Source: Octopus sinensis (taxonomy: Eukaryota). From it: a stretch of DNA of 64,000 nucleotides. Positions 49,600-61,978 of this stretch are shown here, piece by piece. The notes beneath the pieces are model-generated. The model was not told the origin of the DNA and ran no database searches. It saw nothing but the letters and a program-made list of their open reading frames with translations. The DNA is taken from NCBI RefSeq assembly GCF_006345805.1, contig NC_043015.1, positions 15,872,001-15,936,000 of the forward strand, read 5' to 3'. The position numbers and the translations under genes are program-made. Numbering within the stretch: position 1 is the stretch's first letter; each line of letters starts with the position of its first letter.

Positions 49600-50000
49600 G
49601 ATCCTATAACGGTGCGCGCGCACCGTCCATTTTCTATTTCGCGCGTGTGAGTGTTGGTGCCTTCACCAAGGCACAGAAAGGAAGGGCCCTCTCGCGCATG
49701 CGCGAACCACCGGAAGCACGACCCTTTTGCCTACGTGGTAGTTAGCCAAGGCAAGGGGGTCGTAGAACGTTTGACCGCTAGCAGCAGCAGCCAACGACTT
49801 GGGACAGCAGCGACCGAAGGCGACCGAAGGCGACGGACGTATATTTTCTCGCTGTCCAGCTTTGATAGCAGTCGGCCGAAGACTTTTAACCTGAATTGTT
49901 GCAGACATCATCATCTTCCTCCGGACGCCATTTTTGACCCGTTCTGTTTTTAGCGGCTGAACATTGTAAATATTACAATCGATTAACTTTCAGCCTTGCG
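49600..50000. promoter_or_regulatory. CpG-island promoter candidate, possibly bidirectional
   Basis: Local GC/CpG peak in unique sequence; TCGCGCATGCGCGA (NRF1-like, 49692-49705), CCGGAAG (ETS-like, 49710-49716), CGCCATTTT (YY1-like, 49926-49934), TATAA at 49605. Confidence 0.65.
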
Positions 50001-50720
50001 CGCCCAGAACCAAAGGGATACCAGATAACCACTTATTGTTACTGTTACCACATTAGAGAATAAAGTAGTATATATATTTTACGTCTGCGTCTTGTTGTTT
50101 CTGACTGGTAGAATTCTGGATTATTAAAGCAACGGCTAGTGATTGCCTCTTGTACCCCGAAAGTACAGGAGTAGATTCACACACAAGAACCGTTACAGAA
50201 TAAACCAGAAACGAGAAACCATTATTCACATTTGTTGCTGAATCAGAATTATTCCGCGTTGCTGTGTAATTCAGTGATAGCATCTTCTGCAAGAGCATTT
50301 TTTCTTATCAGAAGGTAATTGCTAAGGTCACTTACATAAATTATCTATGTGCTGTTATATATAAACAATATCTTGATTCATTGCCAAACAAGTTTATAGA
50401 GTACATTTTACTGTTAAGATTCGTTACGTGAGTCTCATAATGAAATATTCGTAAGTGTTGATGTAACGCTTATTTATTTATCTTACTTTTCAATAACAGA
50501 AAATGAAAAACTGGCCAGTTGGCAAAAATACCAGAGTTCTAGATTAAAAACAATACAGTATTTAACCTTTCTGGGATCGATAAATTAAGCATTAATAAAT
50601 ACATTTGTGTTGATTAAATTAACGATACTTTCTCAGTTAGAAACTATTTGCATTATTAATCTAAACAAGAGAAATACGCTTAAGAAGCTCGAATTAAATC
50701 CTTCCCTATTTCCAAATAGG

Positions 50721-50950
50721 GGAGGCGCAATGGCCCAGTGGTTAGGGCAGCGACTCGCGGTCGGAGGATCGCGGTTTCGATTCCCAGGCCGTGCGTTGAG
50801 TGTGTTTATTGAGTGAAAACACCTAAAGTTCCACGAGGCTCCGGCGTCCCGTCCAGCTGGGAGGGGGGGGGGCACATACGCCACAGAAACCGGGAAACCA
50901 GGCCCATAAGCCTGGCTTGGCTTGAAAAGGGCGCATAAATAAATAAATAA
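50721..50950 (+). mobile_element. Young tRNA-derived SINE, family C (inverted relative to 48900-49157)
   Basis: ggaggcgcaaTGGCCCAGTGGttagggcagcg...GGTTTCGATTCC, (TAAA)n tail. Confidence 0.85.
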
Positions 50951-53900
50951 TAATTTCCAAACAGTATATCTTTCAGATTACTAACTAGAAGCATTACAAG
51001 CTGGTGGTTTTTTCCCTGCTCTAATTCCTTAAATCAAATTGAACACTTCTGCTAGACTTGTTTTAAACGTGGTAAGGCTACTGGAAATAGTTGAACAGAA
51101 AGTCCACACAAGTTCACTTTACGACCATCCTTTGTAATGAAATTTAAACCACTCTCGATTTGATTAGAATTATAAGTGTCAAGGAACTTCTCAATTATTA
51201 GTCGATTCAGCGCAACTTGAATCGAGCCACCAAGATTATATTTGGACCGAGAAGAGAAGAGAGAGAGAGAGAGCAAAGGAATGAGGGGGAGGAAAGAGAA
51301 AAGGAAATTAAAAAGAAGACCATAAAAAGGAAGAATGCTGAAAAGAAAAACAGGAGGCGTAGATGTATGAGTGCAGTACGATTAAATGGATGAGATGGAT
51401 AGAATATCAAGACAAAGAGATAAGTGGATGAGAGAGAAAGAAGGAAAAAGTATAAAAATAATGGTTAAAATAAATTAAAAAAAAGGAGAAAGTGACGTCC
51501 TTTGTTTAAGACATTAAAACAGTAGATAAGGAGTTAGTTCCTGTAAGTAGAACTTGACCCTGGTTCATAGGGGTTTATAAACACCAGAAACAACCACTTT
51601 CATTACAGCTAATTGTTAGCAGTAAAGTAGGGGAATGTACTACACAATAAACCGGGAAAAAGCTGTCTGGCACTGTAACAACTCTGTTGTAATTCAATGT
51701 TATATTGTTCAAAACCATGTGTGTATAAACCATTGAATGCAGGCCTTGGGAACAGGTATATAGGTCGAAGGCTTGGTTATTCTACCACGTGTGTATACCT
51801 TTCCAGTACTTTTTTTTATGCATGCAAGGCAGGAAATAATTTTCCCATATTTTATGAATAAACTTATATAAATATTCGCAGTTTTCGGGCTAAGCATATA
51901 TCATACTGTTTCATCTGATATCGAAATGCATCAAAATATTGCTGTGTCTCGTATTACAATCACCCTGATATTTTGAATACATATGGTCGATGGATACAAT
52001 GGCTTGGATGTATGAGAGAGAGAGGGAGAGAGTGACATTCATGGTTTACTCTGGAACATCAACAAGTTAAATTAAACTAACAGCTTCAACCGGAAACTGA
52101 AAACTGATCATAAACCCAGCTCACCAGTGAATTTGGGTTTACAATCTCTTACATTCTGAAAGGAGGGCAATAGTCCCTAGTCTGTATCTCAAATAACTCC
52201 ACAACTTATTTATAATTATGTTAAACAAACACTATACAGGAATTTTAAGATAAACAAAACAACTAAAGTTGATGTGAAAAATTACGCTTTGTGTGTGTGT
52301 GTGTGTGTGTGCGAGAGAGAGAGTAGTAGTAGTAGTTTTAATTTTTGTCGTTATGATGACAAGAAAAGAGCAACAAGAAAGATTAACCAATTCTAATATC
52401 ATCATCTTTATTTACTATATCACACGATACTTCATACTAGACAATAGACTTTCACCTTAATAGATTTTCCATACGCAAATATTTTGTTGCATCGACGTTA
52501 CTAATATTTTTTGCATGTAACGAGTACAAAAACTACTGCTGAAGCATCTAATCCCATGTAATTTTTACAAATGATTCGAGAACTATCTAACCAGATACGC
52601 ATTACGCTTGTCAATTAATCTTCCATAGACATTTTCCGATGGATGTCACTAAAGTGAACCGTTCGAAAATTCAACCTTTATATCATGTCACTAACATCAT
52701 ATTATAAGCCTTACATTCAAACATCCAGTCTGTCTAGTGATGAAACGAGGAGATGCCGACCTTAACTGTTAGTTGAGCAATTGTAGAAATAACAAATGTT
52801 ACAGAAGCTTGGAGTGATAAGCTTATATCTTTTCAGTGGCTGAGGTGACAAGGACTGAAGTTACTTGTTAGGCAATCTATAGTGATGTCAAATAATACAA
52901 TAAGATTGTGAAGCCTTGCTCATTTTCAGGCTTCCGTTGCAATTCAATCAGCATGAAGCGCAGTAGTTCAAAACGAACCTTAATTTTTGACCAGATAAAG
53001 CTAACATATAATCTGTGCCTTCGTTAAATAAGTTAAGTAACAAGCCTAAGTGTCAGTGTTGATGTTTGTCAAGTTTCAGAGTTTGTATCTGGCCAATGGT
53101 ATTGCGTTGTGCTCCGAAAGCTGCTTAGAAGCAAAATATATTTGGTGACAGAGAAACAAAAGCAAAAAAGAAGTATAGGAAATAGATTTCCTTTGATTTC
53201 GACGATGAACATTCCAACTGAACCATCTGAAATGCCTGTTCATTTAATTAGTGTAACAGGCTGAGTATTCCACAAACACATTTATCCTAAATTTTAGTTC
53301 TCAAATAAGATCAGCGCGGTTCATTGTGATAAGACTGAACTTTTGAATTACAAATATAATGTATTTGACAGTTTCCGCCAGCTTAATTTCATTCAAAGGT
53401 TTGAATCAAAGACACTTGCTCAAGATGTCATGCAGTGAGATCGAATCTGAAACCTATGATTGCAAAGTGAACTTCTAAGCCATTCGGCCATGCTACGCAT
53501 ATAATGATTTAGCAGGAAATTCTCATTGGTTAGAAGGGACAGCGATACGAGATATAATTCTTCTCTGACATGAGATCGCATCGTTTAGCCCAAATCAGCA
53601 CTGACTGAGAAAATGTATAATAAATAGCACTCCAGCCGCGACTGTCGTGTCTTTATCTTGACCTATGGCCACATTTTTCAATGTGTTCGCGGTACGGTTT
53701 TTACACGAGGGAGATTTGATTGCTTGTAGTAGCTCTCTGCCTAGATTTAAACCACCTTGCTCAGATTCCCTGTTTAGACTCACAACCGAATTTTATTGCC
53801 ATAAAACATGACAAGCTCCTTGAGCCGAATTATATTTCCATAGATGGCATGAACACCTACGTAAATGTTTACTGTATCGGCTGACACGTAACAATTAGTG

Positions 53901-54637
53901 GCGGCGACATTAAAGTAAAGTTATGTAAATTCCTACCTAATTGTATTTCCGAAGGTTCTAGAAGATTAGTTCAGGGTTGTAAGATGTCATTATAGACGCT
54001 ACCCGGAGCTCTGTCGCTTTATTCCACGAAACATACTCTCACTTTTTACTACTTGTTTTTGTATAAGATACTTTGTATACCGTGCTCAACAAAGAGTAAT
54101 GAGCTTTGTGCTGTAATGCCAACATACATATTTAGATACATGAAAATATTTCGTCTTTAATTAACTGCTTTATTCTGTTTATACTTTTTTCAATATAATT
54201 AATTCACTTAGGGCGACGAGCTGACAGTCTTGTTAGCACAGCAGGTAAACTGCTTAGTGGCATTTCCTCCATCTGAGGATGAAAGGCACAATCGACTTAG
54301 GAGTCGACTGTGCCTTTTATCCTTTCGGGATCGGTAAAATTAGTAAGAGTTGACTCCTTCCCCAAATTTGCTGGCCTTGTGCCAAAGTTTGAAACCAATA
54401 TAATTAATCTACTTCTACATATGTACAACATAACTGTTCGAAATAATAAATATATGGAAATACATATAATTTATTGTTGGGTTGTAAATGTCGAAGAATG
54501 CAACTTCTTATCCTCTACCTAATTACTACCCCATCATGCTATTTCTCGCAGGTTTATTGAAGGCACAAAGGTTTGGGGGCCGTTTAGATGTAAAAGGGTC
54601 ATTACTGAAGATCCCCCTATCAAGTCGTGTGAATGTA

Positions 54638-55890
54638 TTGGGTTGGCAACTAAGTTCCCATCGCTTTTTAAAATTTCGGAATTTATTGCGTTTTTAAATT
54701 TTGGAATCTATTTTTTTCGAGAAATCTATTTTTGAATCATTTTGGAATTTTTTTTTTTTTCCAGTTAATTTTAATTAATTTTTGTTTATTTTCGGATCAT
54801 TAAAATAGAATGCCAAGTTAAGAAAAACGAGCATTTTCGACACCTCCTTCTTTTTGCTTTTAATCAAGGTTCTAAGGCCGCAAAAGCTGCTCGCGACATT
54901 TGTGCTGTGTATGGAGAGGGTGCCATAGCTAAAAGAACCGCTCGTGATTGGTATCCCAAGTTCAAAAGTGGAAATTTTGACCTCAAAGACGCACCTCGTT
55001 CTGGCCGCCCAGTTGAGTTCGATGAAAAGCGATTAAACCAACTTTTGCACGAAAATTCTCGTCAAACGACAAAGGAACTGGTAGAGAAAATGGAATGCTC
55101 CCACACTGCTATAGAGAAGCATCTTCACTCAATGGGAAAGGTTCAGAAGTATGAAGCATGGGTTCCACATGTTTTAAGTGACAACAAAAATCAACAAACC
55201 ACAATATCCACTGGTTTGCTTGCTTGTCACCATTCAACTCATGGACACAAGCAACGATTTCTTTACCGAATCGTTACTGGTGTCAAAAAATGGTGCCTGT
55301 ACATCAATATGAAGCAGCGTAAGGAATGGCTTAGCCCCAGTAAACAAGCGACACCGTCTGTGAAACAAGATCTTCATCCGCATAAAACGATGTTGTGTGT
55401 ATGGTGGGACTGGAAAGGGATTATTCATTACGAATTGCTTGAACGGAACCAAACGGTCAACAGATGGAATGACTCAAAAAATAAGACCTAAACGGCAGCA
55501 TGGAAGTCTTCTGCTGCACGACAATGCCCGCCCTCATATCGCCAATATGACTAAGGAAGCCATTCAAACGCATGGCCGGGAAGAGCTGCCACACCCGCCG
55601 TACTCTCCTGATTTGGCACCAACAGATTTCCACCTCGTCGATCTCTTTCGAATGCTATGCCCAGAGTTTCGTTCAATACTGATGCAGAATTGAGAACTTG
55701 GTTGGCTCAATTTTTCGAGTCGAAATCGGATGATTTCTACCAACGAGGTATTGAAAATCTTGTTGAACGTTGGAAAGAAGTTGTAAACAACAAGAGTGAA
55801 TAATTATTGATTAATTAGTTGTTATTTTTTATTAAACCTTTAAAAAAAATTTTAATTTTAAAAACGGCGGGAACTTAGTTGCCAACCCAA
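54638..55890 (+). mobile_element. Near-full-length mariner transposon (1253 bp), inactive
   Basis: TA-flanked TIRs TTGGGTTGGCAACTAAGTTCCC; WVPHVL, HDNARPH, YSPDLAPTDFHL; start ATG reads ATA, first catalytic D reads V (TGVKKW), internal deletion and frameshifts. Confidence 0.93.
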
Positions 55891-55952
55891 TAGAAAGTGA
55901 TCGTGGCCGAACTGGTCCAACTAAACTTATGTAAGGGATTGATCACTATAAA

Positions 55953-56168
55953 CAGTGGTTGTCAACCATTTTCTTTCTATGGACCCCCCCCCCTCTGATT
56001 CTTATTTTACTCTGGTGGACCCTGTAGCCATTCAATGCTATTATATTTTTACAATTAAATATTATAAGGAATTGCATAAAAAAGAATAACCAATTTACTG
56101 CACACAAATTTTAACAAAACCTTATTTGGACCCTCAAGGGCCATATAAGACTCCAGTTGAGAACCACT
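55953..56168. mobile_element. hAT-type MITE with 8-bp target-site duplication
   Basis: cagtggttgtcaacc ... gttgagaaccact termini flanked by ACTATAAA on both sides (last TIR base lost). Confidence 0.7.
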
Positions 56169-59100
56169 ACTATAAATCGGTCAGCTTTTTCAAACTTCCA
56201 GAGTTCTTGTTTTGTTCTAGATCAATCCTCGGTAGGTCTATTAAAGGCATTCTGTCCGTGGTCACTCCTTTTCATTTCAGACGAGTCTACATTTTTCCAA
56301 TGTTTCTTAGTATTTTTAAACGATAGAGTAAGATTGACAGACATTTGGCTACTATTTCTAGCAAGAGGGGCGACCACGTAGAAGTTCCCTCGGCTTATTT
56401 ACTGAGTCTTTGAAAGTTTTGAAGGACAGTTTGCCAACTAAACAATTATTTTCTCTTTTAATATCAGTTGAAAGGAGCACATTTAAATGAGAGAAATAGT
56501 GCACTGTCAGAAATATAATTATAGTTTCACTTAGGAAGTTTGTTTAATTAAAAGAAAATTTTAAAGAATTTTTTTTTTTTTGGCTAGTTCCACTCCACCA
56601 TACACTTATAACTGACGACGCCATTTGCCAAAATAGATGTGTGACCAGCAGTCATAGTCAAAAATGAGAATAAGTGTTAAAAGATATACAGACTATGCAT
56701 ACTAAAGTATATATTTTAATAACTCTAAGACAAATAATTCGCTAACGTCAAGCATTGATTGTGATACATCTGCCAAAATATTCATTTTCAGGAGAGCATT
56801 TGGAACAAATCAACATATTACCTAAAATTGCCTTAAACTGAAATACTACTGACTATGCAACTTTGTGCCACAGCGAACTACTAATGATACATATATATGC
56901 ATCACTTTTTTACTTTTCTGTCTGTCTGCCTCTCTCTCTCTCTCTCTCTCTCCCACACACACACAAGGATTAGTTAAATTGACCCAACCCTTTTTATCTC
57001 TTCAATTAATTCCTAGAAGATACAAAGTACCCACAGAAAACACGTACTCCTAAATCCCTTTCCTCAGTTCTTCCCACCACAACACACACCTACACAATAT
57101 TTGCTTTATGATAACTTCCGTTACAATTTCCCTTCGTTAATTAGTCAAGGTTAAAATTTCCTCTCTGAATAAAATCTAGTAACTTTTCAAAACTTCCACT
57201 TATTATATGCAGCTCTACTTCTAACACCACTAGCAAGTTGTTAGTTGGATACTTGCTTTGTTGGTCGCTTGGCTAGCTGCTCTAATCAGCACTATGCTTC
57301 TCATCTAACATAGAAATTAGATACTGCATAATATTACAATTGAGTAAATAACGTCGAGAAAGATGCCAGCGACATAAGCATACTAAAACCATTTGTTGAA
57401 ATGAATAGTTATTAAACTCAACCCATTTTAAGTTGCCTGAGTTGACAGCCATGATTTCTGAATCAAAACAAAAACAAAACAAACCACACAACAACAATCA
57501 TAAAACTATCCTCTGCATAACAGGGTGTGTGATGGAAAGTGTAGGTTCCATAATATAGTCGGTGTTGTTCTTAATGTCAAACTTAAAGGTTGCCCAATGA
57601 TAGCGAAAGGAACTCCCAGAAAATGGTTCATAACACAAAATAACAAGAACATATCCAAGATATAATTAGGTAAAAGAGATAGAAAGAAAGAGAATATGCT
57701 TAGAGTATAAATAATGATTTTTTCCCTTCATAACAGAGATGCAGACATACAAACAGCCTCACACATAAATATACACATGTTTACCATACAATGTACACGG
57801 AAAGACTCGTTGAATTGTCTACACTAGAACTTCTCAAACATTTTTTTTTTTTAATTATCACTCCTTTTCTCTTAGAAACACTTTTTCAGCGCCCTCTTGC
57901 TACGATTCAAATATTGATTTCAAATTTCGGTACAAGGTCAGCAATTTTGTGGAAGGGGTAAGTTTCAAATTCCGCCGAGGTCGACTTCGCCTTTCATCCT
58001 TTCGGGGTCGATAAATTAAGTACCAGTTGTGTACTGAGGTCGATCTAATCGACTAGCCCCCTCCCCAAAAATTTCGGGCCTTGTGTCTAGAGTAGAAAAG
58101 TATGCATACGCTATATATCAGGACAGAGTAATTTAGTTCTGAGTACGAGTTTGGCACAGGTGACTAACTTCGGTTGAGTTAAGTGTTCTCGTATTCTTTG
58201 TGTATCATTTATATGCCTCCACCCCATAACTACTCGTTGAAATTTAGTATCTATCTCCTCGCAAGTATTTATCTTCTACCCTTGTACGGCGTTACATATA
58301 TATGTTTATACATGTAAATAGATAATGAGATTTTAAAAATTACATTCATAACTAGAGCCAACAACGTACAAGTCCGGACATTACGGATGCAGTGACCATT
58401 TTCGTTTTATGTACGGAAATACACACATTCTGACAATGCCTTTTAAATTTTACTTCAGTTTTTCGTTCATTTATATGCATGGATGGCATGCCTGTTGCAC
58501 TGCCCCACCACTATTCAACGGTGCACTCTCAGATTTACAGTGATACACATATTTCGAAATTCCACTTTAGCATTATTACAAATTGGTGCCCACCCAGAAT
58601 ATTGTGAAGCACTCCCAGGCACAAAAGTCTGGCAATGAACTTGATACACTTTCTTTATTTACTTATTCACGTTATCGTTGATGTCATTTATATCATTGTC
58701 TTAGTTGTAACTTGTTAACAAGCGGTTTATCATAATATAATATTAACTTTTTAAATAGGAGTAGCCGGCAAAAATTTAATGGGTTGAATGAAAGATTTTG
58801 GGGGGTATTTTGATCTGTATCAGTTGCCTACCTTTACATACGGTTGTCTTAGCCTTTCGTCTACTCTGAGGACATTAAAATAAGTACCAGGAAATGAATG
58901 TACTGAGATGAATATAATCGATTAGAAGCCTTGAAGATGGCCCCCGCAAAACCACAGTTGAATAACTAGTTTTATGGATCCAGTATTTTATTCACCGCCT
59001 GATGAGAGTAACAGTTGTCAAAAAAGAACGTTCCATAACAATTGCAACGAAGATCATGTGCATTTCCTTTTATATTATGCATCAGAAGTTGGCTTCTTTT

Positions 59101-60327
59101 TTTTTTTTTTTTGCTTATCTTTTTTTACTGTTTTGACTGAGTACCGTTATAAATTGAACGTTTGTTGAAAATTTTCGCGAAAAATATCTTGCTGAGACTA
59201 ATTATGGAATACGTATGAGCCTTACCACCTAGAGCGCATGTGTATATGAGAATGAGTAGCCACAATACACTTATTTTTTCCTATTTGCGAGGAAATAAGT
59301 TGAGCACGCATCACTAGACGTTTTCTCAATATAACCATAATAGGATGAGTTTGGGAGACTTGTGAACTTGGGGTATAATTTGTGATTCAGTGAGAGTCCT
59401 CTTCAGTGTATACAACAATGGGATGGAAAATAGTAAAACTTTCGTTTCAATGTATAGCTAACGTATACAAATTATCTGCGCGCAGTTTGGCTGTATTATA
59501 GCAGATAAGGCTTAGCTAATATTGAATGGTAAAACAATATTTTCGTCATAATGTTTATCGTCTGTTTGAAAATGGAAATCGAATGTTCAAACCTTTGGAA
59601 AAAATCATAAATTGTAAGGTATCTATTTATCTTCTCTCCCCACGCCCTCTATCTATCTGTATATCTATCTCCGCACTCAATGTTGGTACACAAATGCATA
59701 CACCTTCCACATGTGCCACTCTCAAACGAGCATGTATTGATAGCATGTATCCTGCTTTCGCTAATTGTTTTAGGCATCTATTCTAGACACCTTCTCGGCC
59801 TATTAATCCGATGGAATATCGACGATGGCAGCTGGGGGGAGAGCGGGCTGAACCAGCTCAAGACTAGTTATAAGCTGAGTAGACAGGATCAGGATTAAAT
59901 GAAACACATTACTGAAGGGCACAGTGCGACACTCGATCTAGTAATCGATCTCACAGTCTTATGACTGGAAGCCTGAACACCCTAACCACTAAGCCACAAA
60001 TAGATAGAATGCACACGACGAAATTTTGTTCTATATAGCAGTATCCGATAGCAGCCCTGTTTTTCAAATTTAAACCGCTGAGTTGGAAGAACACAATAAG
60101 AGAAGTAAAATTAAAGATTTTACTATTCTTCCCTCTCCCTTATTCTGACTAAAACAAATTCTCAACACCCTCCAAGGCCAAAAAAACAGTCTGTCGTCTG
60201 AGAGATGCTGATCCATTGTGATGAAGAATTAGATATTCAATAGTTTGACCTTCAACTCACAATTAAATAGGACGAACTCCAGTGCAAATTGAAAGCCAAT
60301 GAGTTGGGGAGATAGTTAAATAAATAA

Positions 60328-60328
<1 letters not shown>

Positions 60329-60384
<56 letters not shown>

Positions 60385-60385
60385 G
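60329..60385. repeat. (GATA)n microsatellite, one of dozens of (CA)n/(TA)n/(TTA)n/(GTAT)n tracts in the window
   Basis: Direct reading. Confidence 0.95.
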
Positions 60386-61597
60386 ACAAATAAACTCACA
60401 CACTGTATGTGTGTGTAATATTGAGAGATGGAGCAACAGAAGGTGAATTTTTTCGGTCGAATTTTTTCACTTCAGACCTCTCCTACCACACTCTCGTTGT
60501 GGTATTTTAGTGTAGTTGTGTGTGATATAAGTGTATGTGCCTGCTTGGGTGGGTATGAGGGGAGAGATGTTTGTTTATTTCGTACCACAACAATCACACA
60601 TTGACGGAATCAGATAACTTAACAAATAACTAAATATAGGAATGGTTAAAGGTGATAATTACTACGACGACATTAAATGATAACACCACTATGTGCTTTG
60701 ATCTAAGCAGAAACTGCAACTCAGTTAATGCCTTTGATGTATTCGTATGTATCTCAGGATAAGACAACAGTTATTAAAGAACTCTCTGGAATCTTAGTAC
60801 TGATCATGTGACCGTTGAGATTTCTTGAAATATCAAATCAGAAGAGACAGTGGTGGGAGAAGAAGACTGAAACCCAATGTTGTGAAGGCAGACTTTTAAT
60901 GTATTCAAGATGAAGTATTTTAAGACGCTGAAATATATATCAAGACCATGCATATACAGGTCGGAATTAATGAAAAATCAGGTAGGTAAGGTGGGCTGAA
61001 TAGCATTATTATTATAAACAACTTCATAGCAAAAAAAGAAGAGAGAGAGAGAGTACCAAATCAAGAGAAGTGAAGACACCAAACATGCAAGCAAAACAAG
61101 CTGGGTGGGCTTTGGTTCTGGTTGGAAACATTAACAACAAAAAACTTCGCTACAATAGAAAATATTCAATGTTGATAAGGATAAGACTAATTTATTTATC
61201 TAAGAAGATAGGAGAATGACTGTAACAGTCATGCTGAAGAGAAATACATGGTTTCTCCCCTCAAATTCGACATTATCAGTCACAACCTCGTCAACGGCAA
61301 TTTCAGATTTACCAGCATCAGACTAAATTTCGTTATCGTCAGTCTCAGTTACGTTATCAATTTTAATTTCGTTATCGTCAACTTCAATGTCGTCACTGTT
61401 AGATAGAGCGAATTATTTTTTTTCTTTTACAAGCAGACATTGACTTCAGTGATTACATTTAGAATTGTAAAAGAATGTGAACATTAAAAATTGACAAAGG
61501 ATCACAAGCTTTGTATAGTGATAAAAATTGTCACACAACCGTAAAATGCACATACATACGTACATATAGTACATTAGATACAAAACTATAGCCTATA

Positions 61598-61978
61598 TTC
61601 TTTTACTTGTTTCAGTCAGGTGACTGTGGCCATGCTGGAGCACCGCCTTTAGTCGAGCAAATCGACCCCAGGACTTATTCTTTGTAAGCCTAGTACTTAT
61701 TCTATCGGCTTCTTTTGCCGAACCGCTAAGTTACGGGGACGTAAACACACCAGCATCGGTTGTCAAGCGATGTTTTGTGGGGGGGGGCAAACACAGATAC
61801 ACATACATATATACGACGGGCTTCTTTCAGTTTCCGTCTACCAAATCCACTCACAAGACTTTGGTCGGCCCAAGGCTATAGTAGAAGATACTTGCCCAAG
61901 GTGCCACGCAGTGGGACTGAACCTGGAACCATGTGGTTCGTAAGCAAGCTACTTACCACACAGCTACTCCTACGCCTA
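61598..61978 (-). mobile_element. Full-length tRNA-derived SINE, family B; partial copies ~2340-2490, 15520-15640, 16240-16500, 24140-24420, 36345-36490, 53400-53490, 62270-62330
   Basis: Head ggcgtaggagtagctgtgtggtaag...ggttcagtcc; body gcaagt.tcttctactatagcc; tail ccagcatggccacagtc...tgactgaaacaagtaaaag shared among copies. Confidence 0.8.

Noticed and set aside
49651-49953. 100-aa plus-strand and 83-aa minus-strand ORFs across the island
   Set aside because: Open frames of this length are expected in GC-rich sequence; no recognisable domain.
50053-50298. Minus-strand ORF with a hydrophobic patch as the missing signal-peptide exon
   Set aside because: The hydrophobic patch is about 27 residues from the Met, and no Cys-rich 7S sequence or convincing donor follows.
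52731-52850. GTGATGA ... CTGA as a C/D-box snoRNA
   Set aside because: The terminal stem is poor and I recognised no rRNA or snRNA guide complementarity.
54540-54635. Possible plus-strand exon (FIEGTKVWGPFRCKRV) before the mariner
   Set aside because: Only an acceptor-like site; no donor, partner exon or known homology.
57282-57497. Minus-strand ORF with an acceptor-like site before ATGGCTGTC as collagen exon 1 or 2
   Set aside because: No signal-peptide pattern or collagen IV motif, and no suitable donor.
58999-59030. CTGATGAG as a hammerhead core (similar partial motifs near 18187 and 45730-45760)
   Set aside because: No properly placed GAAA with a closing stem II, and no stems I or III.
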